Below, piece after piece: positions 61,701-64,000 of a stretch of 64,000 nucleotides of DNA. The first letter of the stretch is position 1. Every line of letters starts with the position of its first letter. The notes beneath the pieces were generated by a model that saw only the letters and a program-made list of their open reading frames with translations, did not search any database and was not told the DNA's origin. The stretch lies in contig CM059433.1 in NCBI GenBank assembly GCA_030390025.1, forward strand, positions 22,694,001-22,758,000. The letters are read 5' to 3'. The position numbers were made by a program, and so were the translations under genes. This DNA comes from Squalus acanthias. Taxonomy: Eukaryota.

Positions 61701-62032
61701 GTACTTACCACAATAGCTGCTGCTCCCAGTCCTGAGATCCCAGAGGGCCTGGCCCCAACCCCCGGTCTCCCTCCACCCTGGCCCCGACCTCCAGACTCCA
61801 CCACTCCACCCCACCCCCGGTCTCCTTCCCGATTCCCCCAGCCCTGACCCCCAGGCCCCCACTCCCCTCGATCCTACCCCTCCGATCCCTGATGTCTTCT
61901 CCGAGGCCCAATCCTCCCACGACCCCGGATTGTAGACTCCACGGCTCACTCAATCCACCCACCCCCCGAACCCCATGATCTGACCTGCCCACTTACTTGT
62001 TGGGCCGTGGACCGAACTTGGAGCACGTATCT

Positions 62033-62911
62033 GGAGGGAGGGGGAGAGGGGAGGAGAGGGAGGGAGGGGGGAGGAGAGGGAGGGAGAGGAGAGGGAGGGG
62101 GGAGGAGAGGGAGGGAGGGGGGTGGGGGGAGGAGGGATGGGGAGGGAGTGGGAGGGGCAGGGAGGAGGGAGAGGGAGGAGGGAGAGGGAGGGAGGGGGTG
62201 GGGGAGGGAGGGGGAGGGGAAGGAGGGAGAGGGGAGGAGGGAGAGAGGGGGATGAGGGGGGAGGGGAGTGGTGGGGGTGGGGAGGGGGAGGGGGGAGGGG
62301 GGAGGGGAGAGGGAGGAGGGAGGGGGAGAGAGGGGAGGGGGGAGGTGGGAGGGAGGGGGCAGGGGAGGGGGGAAGGTGGGGGGTAGGTTGGGGGGGAGGG
62401 GGTTGGAGAGGGAGAGGGAGGGGGAAGAGAGGGAGGGAGGGGAGGGGGAGTGGAGGGGGAAGGAGAGGGAGGGAGGGGGGGAGGGAGAGGGAGGAGGGAG
62501 AGGGAGAGGGAGGAGGGAGAGGGAGAGGGAGGGAGGGGGAGAGGGAGGGGGAGGGAGAGGGAGGGAGGGGGAGGAATGGAGGGGGAGGGAGGGGGAGGGG
62601 AAGGAGGGAGAGGGGAGGAGGGAGAGAGGGGGATGAGGGGGAGGGGAGGGGGAGGAAGGGAGGGGAAGGAGGGAGAGGGGAGGAGGGAGAGGGGAGGAGG
62701 GAGAGAGGGGGATGAGGGGGAGGGGAGGGGGAGGGGTGGGGAGGGGCAGGGGGGAGGGGAGGAGGGGGAGGGGGGGATGAGGGGGGGAGGGGAGGGGGAG
62801 GGGTGGGGAGGGTGAGAGGAGGAGGGAGAGGGGAGGAGGGAGAGAGGGGGATGAGGGGGGGAGGGGAGGGGGAGGGGTGGGGAGGGTGAGAGGAGGAGGG
62901 AGGAGAGGGGT
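62033..62911. repeat. Polypurine (G/A) low-complexity array
   Basis: Nearly pure G/A with G-runs; source of the Pro/Ser and Gly/Arg/Glu ORFs. Confidence 0.95.
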
Positions 62912-64000
62912 GAAACCCTCGAGACTCTTTGGGCATGTCCCAAACGCAAGACCAAGAGACCAGACTGCAAGGATCTTGCACAAACTAACATCTAGAGACT
63001 TCATCAGTAGGCATGGAATTCACAATAAATCAGACTAAACAGAGCAAAACCCCAGCCTCTGAATGTCATTTAATCCGTCACTGCACAAGATTACAGATGG
63101 TTAAGAATAAGTTCACCAACAGAATATATTGTAATTGGCCTATTACTGCGACATCTGTGTGATGTGTTTTTGTGACTGGGTGCCAGGAGAAAAGAGAGAA
63201 TCAATGCTTTGAAAATTCTCACACTATCATCAATTTTAACAGCCATAAAAATGAAACCATTACTCACAAAGTGAAAATGAAAGTTCCACAAATGATCCTT
63301 ATTCACACAATAGGATCGAGCACGGCTTTTCTCCCGTTATATATGCAGTTTTACTGAAAATCAAGTAACTGAAGTCATATAGCATAACTTGGTGAAAGGT
63401 TATACAACTGTGACTGTTGAATTAAGACAGTTTTTTTGAACTGAAAATAGATTATCGGAATTATCTTCTGACTGGAGTGCCTACACGATGGGGACAGAAC
63501 ATGAACACTTAAGATGGAAAATCAAGGTGTGATTGCTGATGATTCACTGAAAAGTTTCCTTTCCATTTGAAGCTGTTATCAACATAGTTAATTAAATAAT
63601 AGGATACATCTCCAAGGCATTTGACTATAAGTAAAAAAAAAAGATTCTTGTACTGCGCACAATTTTGGGCACTCTACCTTCAAAAGGACATGCATGCATT
63701 GGAAAGCAAAAGCCCCACAAGGGGTATTCAGGAATCTAGGGTAAAAAAAAACTGGCCGAGGTAGAGGTGAGCTTTCGGGAAGCCAACAGGCAGATTACAC
63801 TAACACATCCAGGTTATGTTTCATTTACCTAACTGCCATCTACTAATGCTCCATTGCTTAAAAATCGCCTTTCTTTGAGTTTTCTATGCATAACAGCATT
63901 AAAATTAATTAAAAAGGAAGGGAAAAGGGCATAGTAGCACCGGAGAAAGTGCAAAAAAGATTACAAGAATTGTACCAGAACGGAGAGATTATGGGGGAAA

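Noticed and set aside
61946..63004. Pro/Ser-rich ORFs of 330-350 aa
   Set aside because: Translation of a polypurine/polypyrimidine tract

Overview
Eukaryotic, repeat-saturated DNA. The CR1, L2, DeuSINE and Harbinger families look like those of cartilaginous fishes (inference). I could not support any intact host gene: the long ORFs come from low-complexity arrays or TE relics. Highlights: (1) A 10.8-kb class-I-type endogenous retrovirus locus (42378-53158, 4-bp TSD CAGG) with a scrambled interior. A second, younger provirus (44428-51496, TSD TTAG, near-identical LTRs) sits inside it in the opposite orientation. The two share internal sequence but carry different LTRs and slightly different tRNA-Gln primer-binding sites. 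(2) This locus, a CR1 that itself contains a MITE, and a solo LTR all interrupt one Harbinger Myb/SANT gene. (3) Two Penelope-like element 3' fragments each carry a minimal type-I hammerhead ribozyme, with a compensatory base-pair change between copies. (4) Several MITE families share conserved internal palindromes or hairpins. (5) A ~4.8-kb two-part C-rich VNTR. Relics of Gypsy, Harbinger and Tigger and another solo LTR are also present. All coordinates were read by eye; relic boundaries are approximate.
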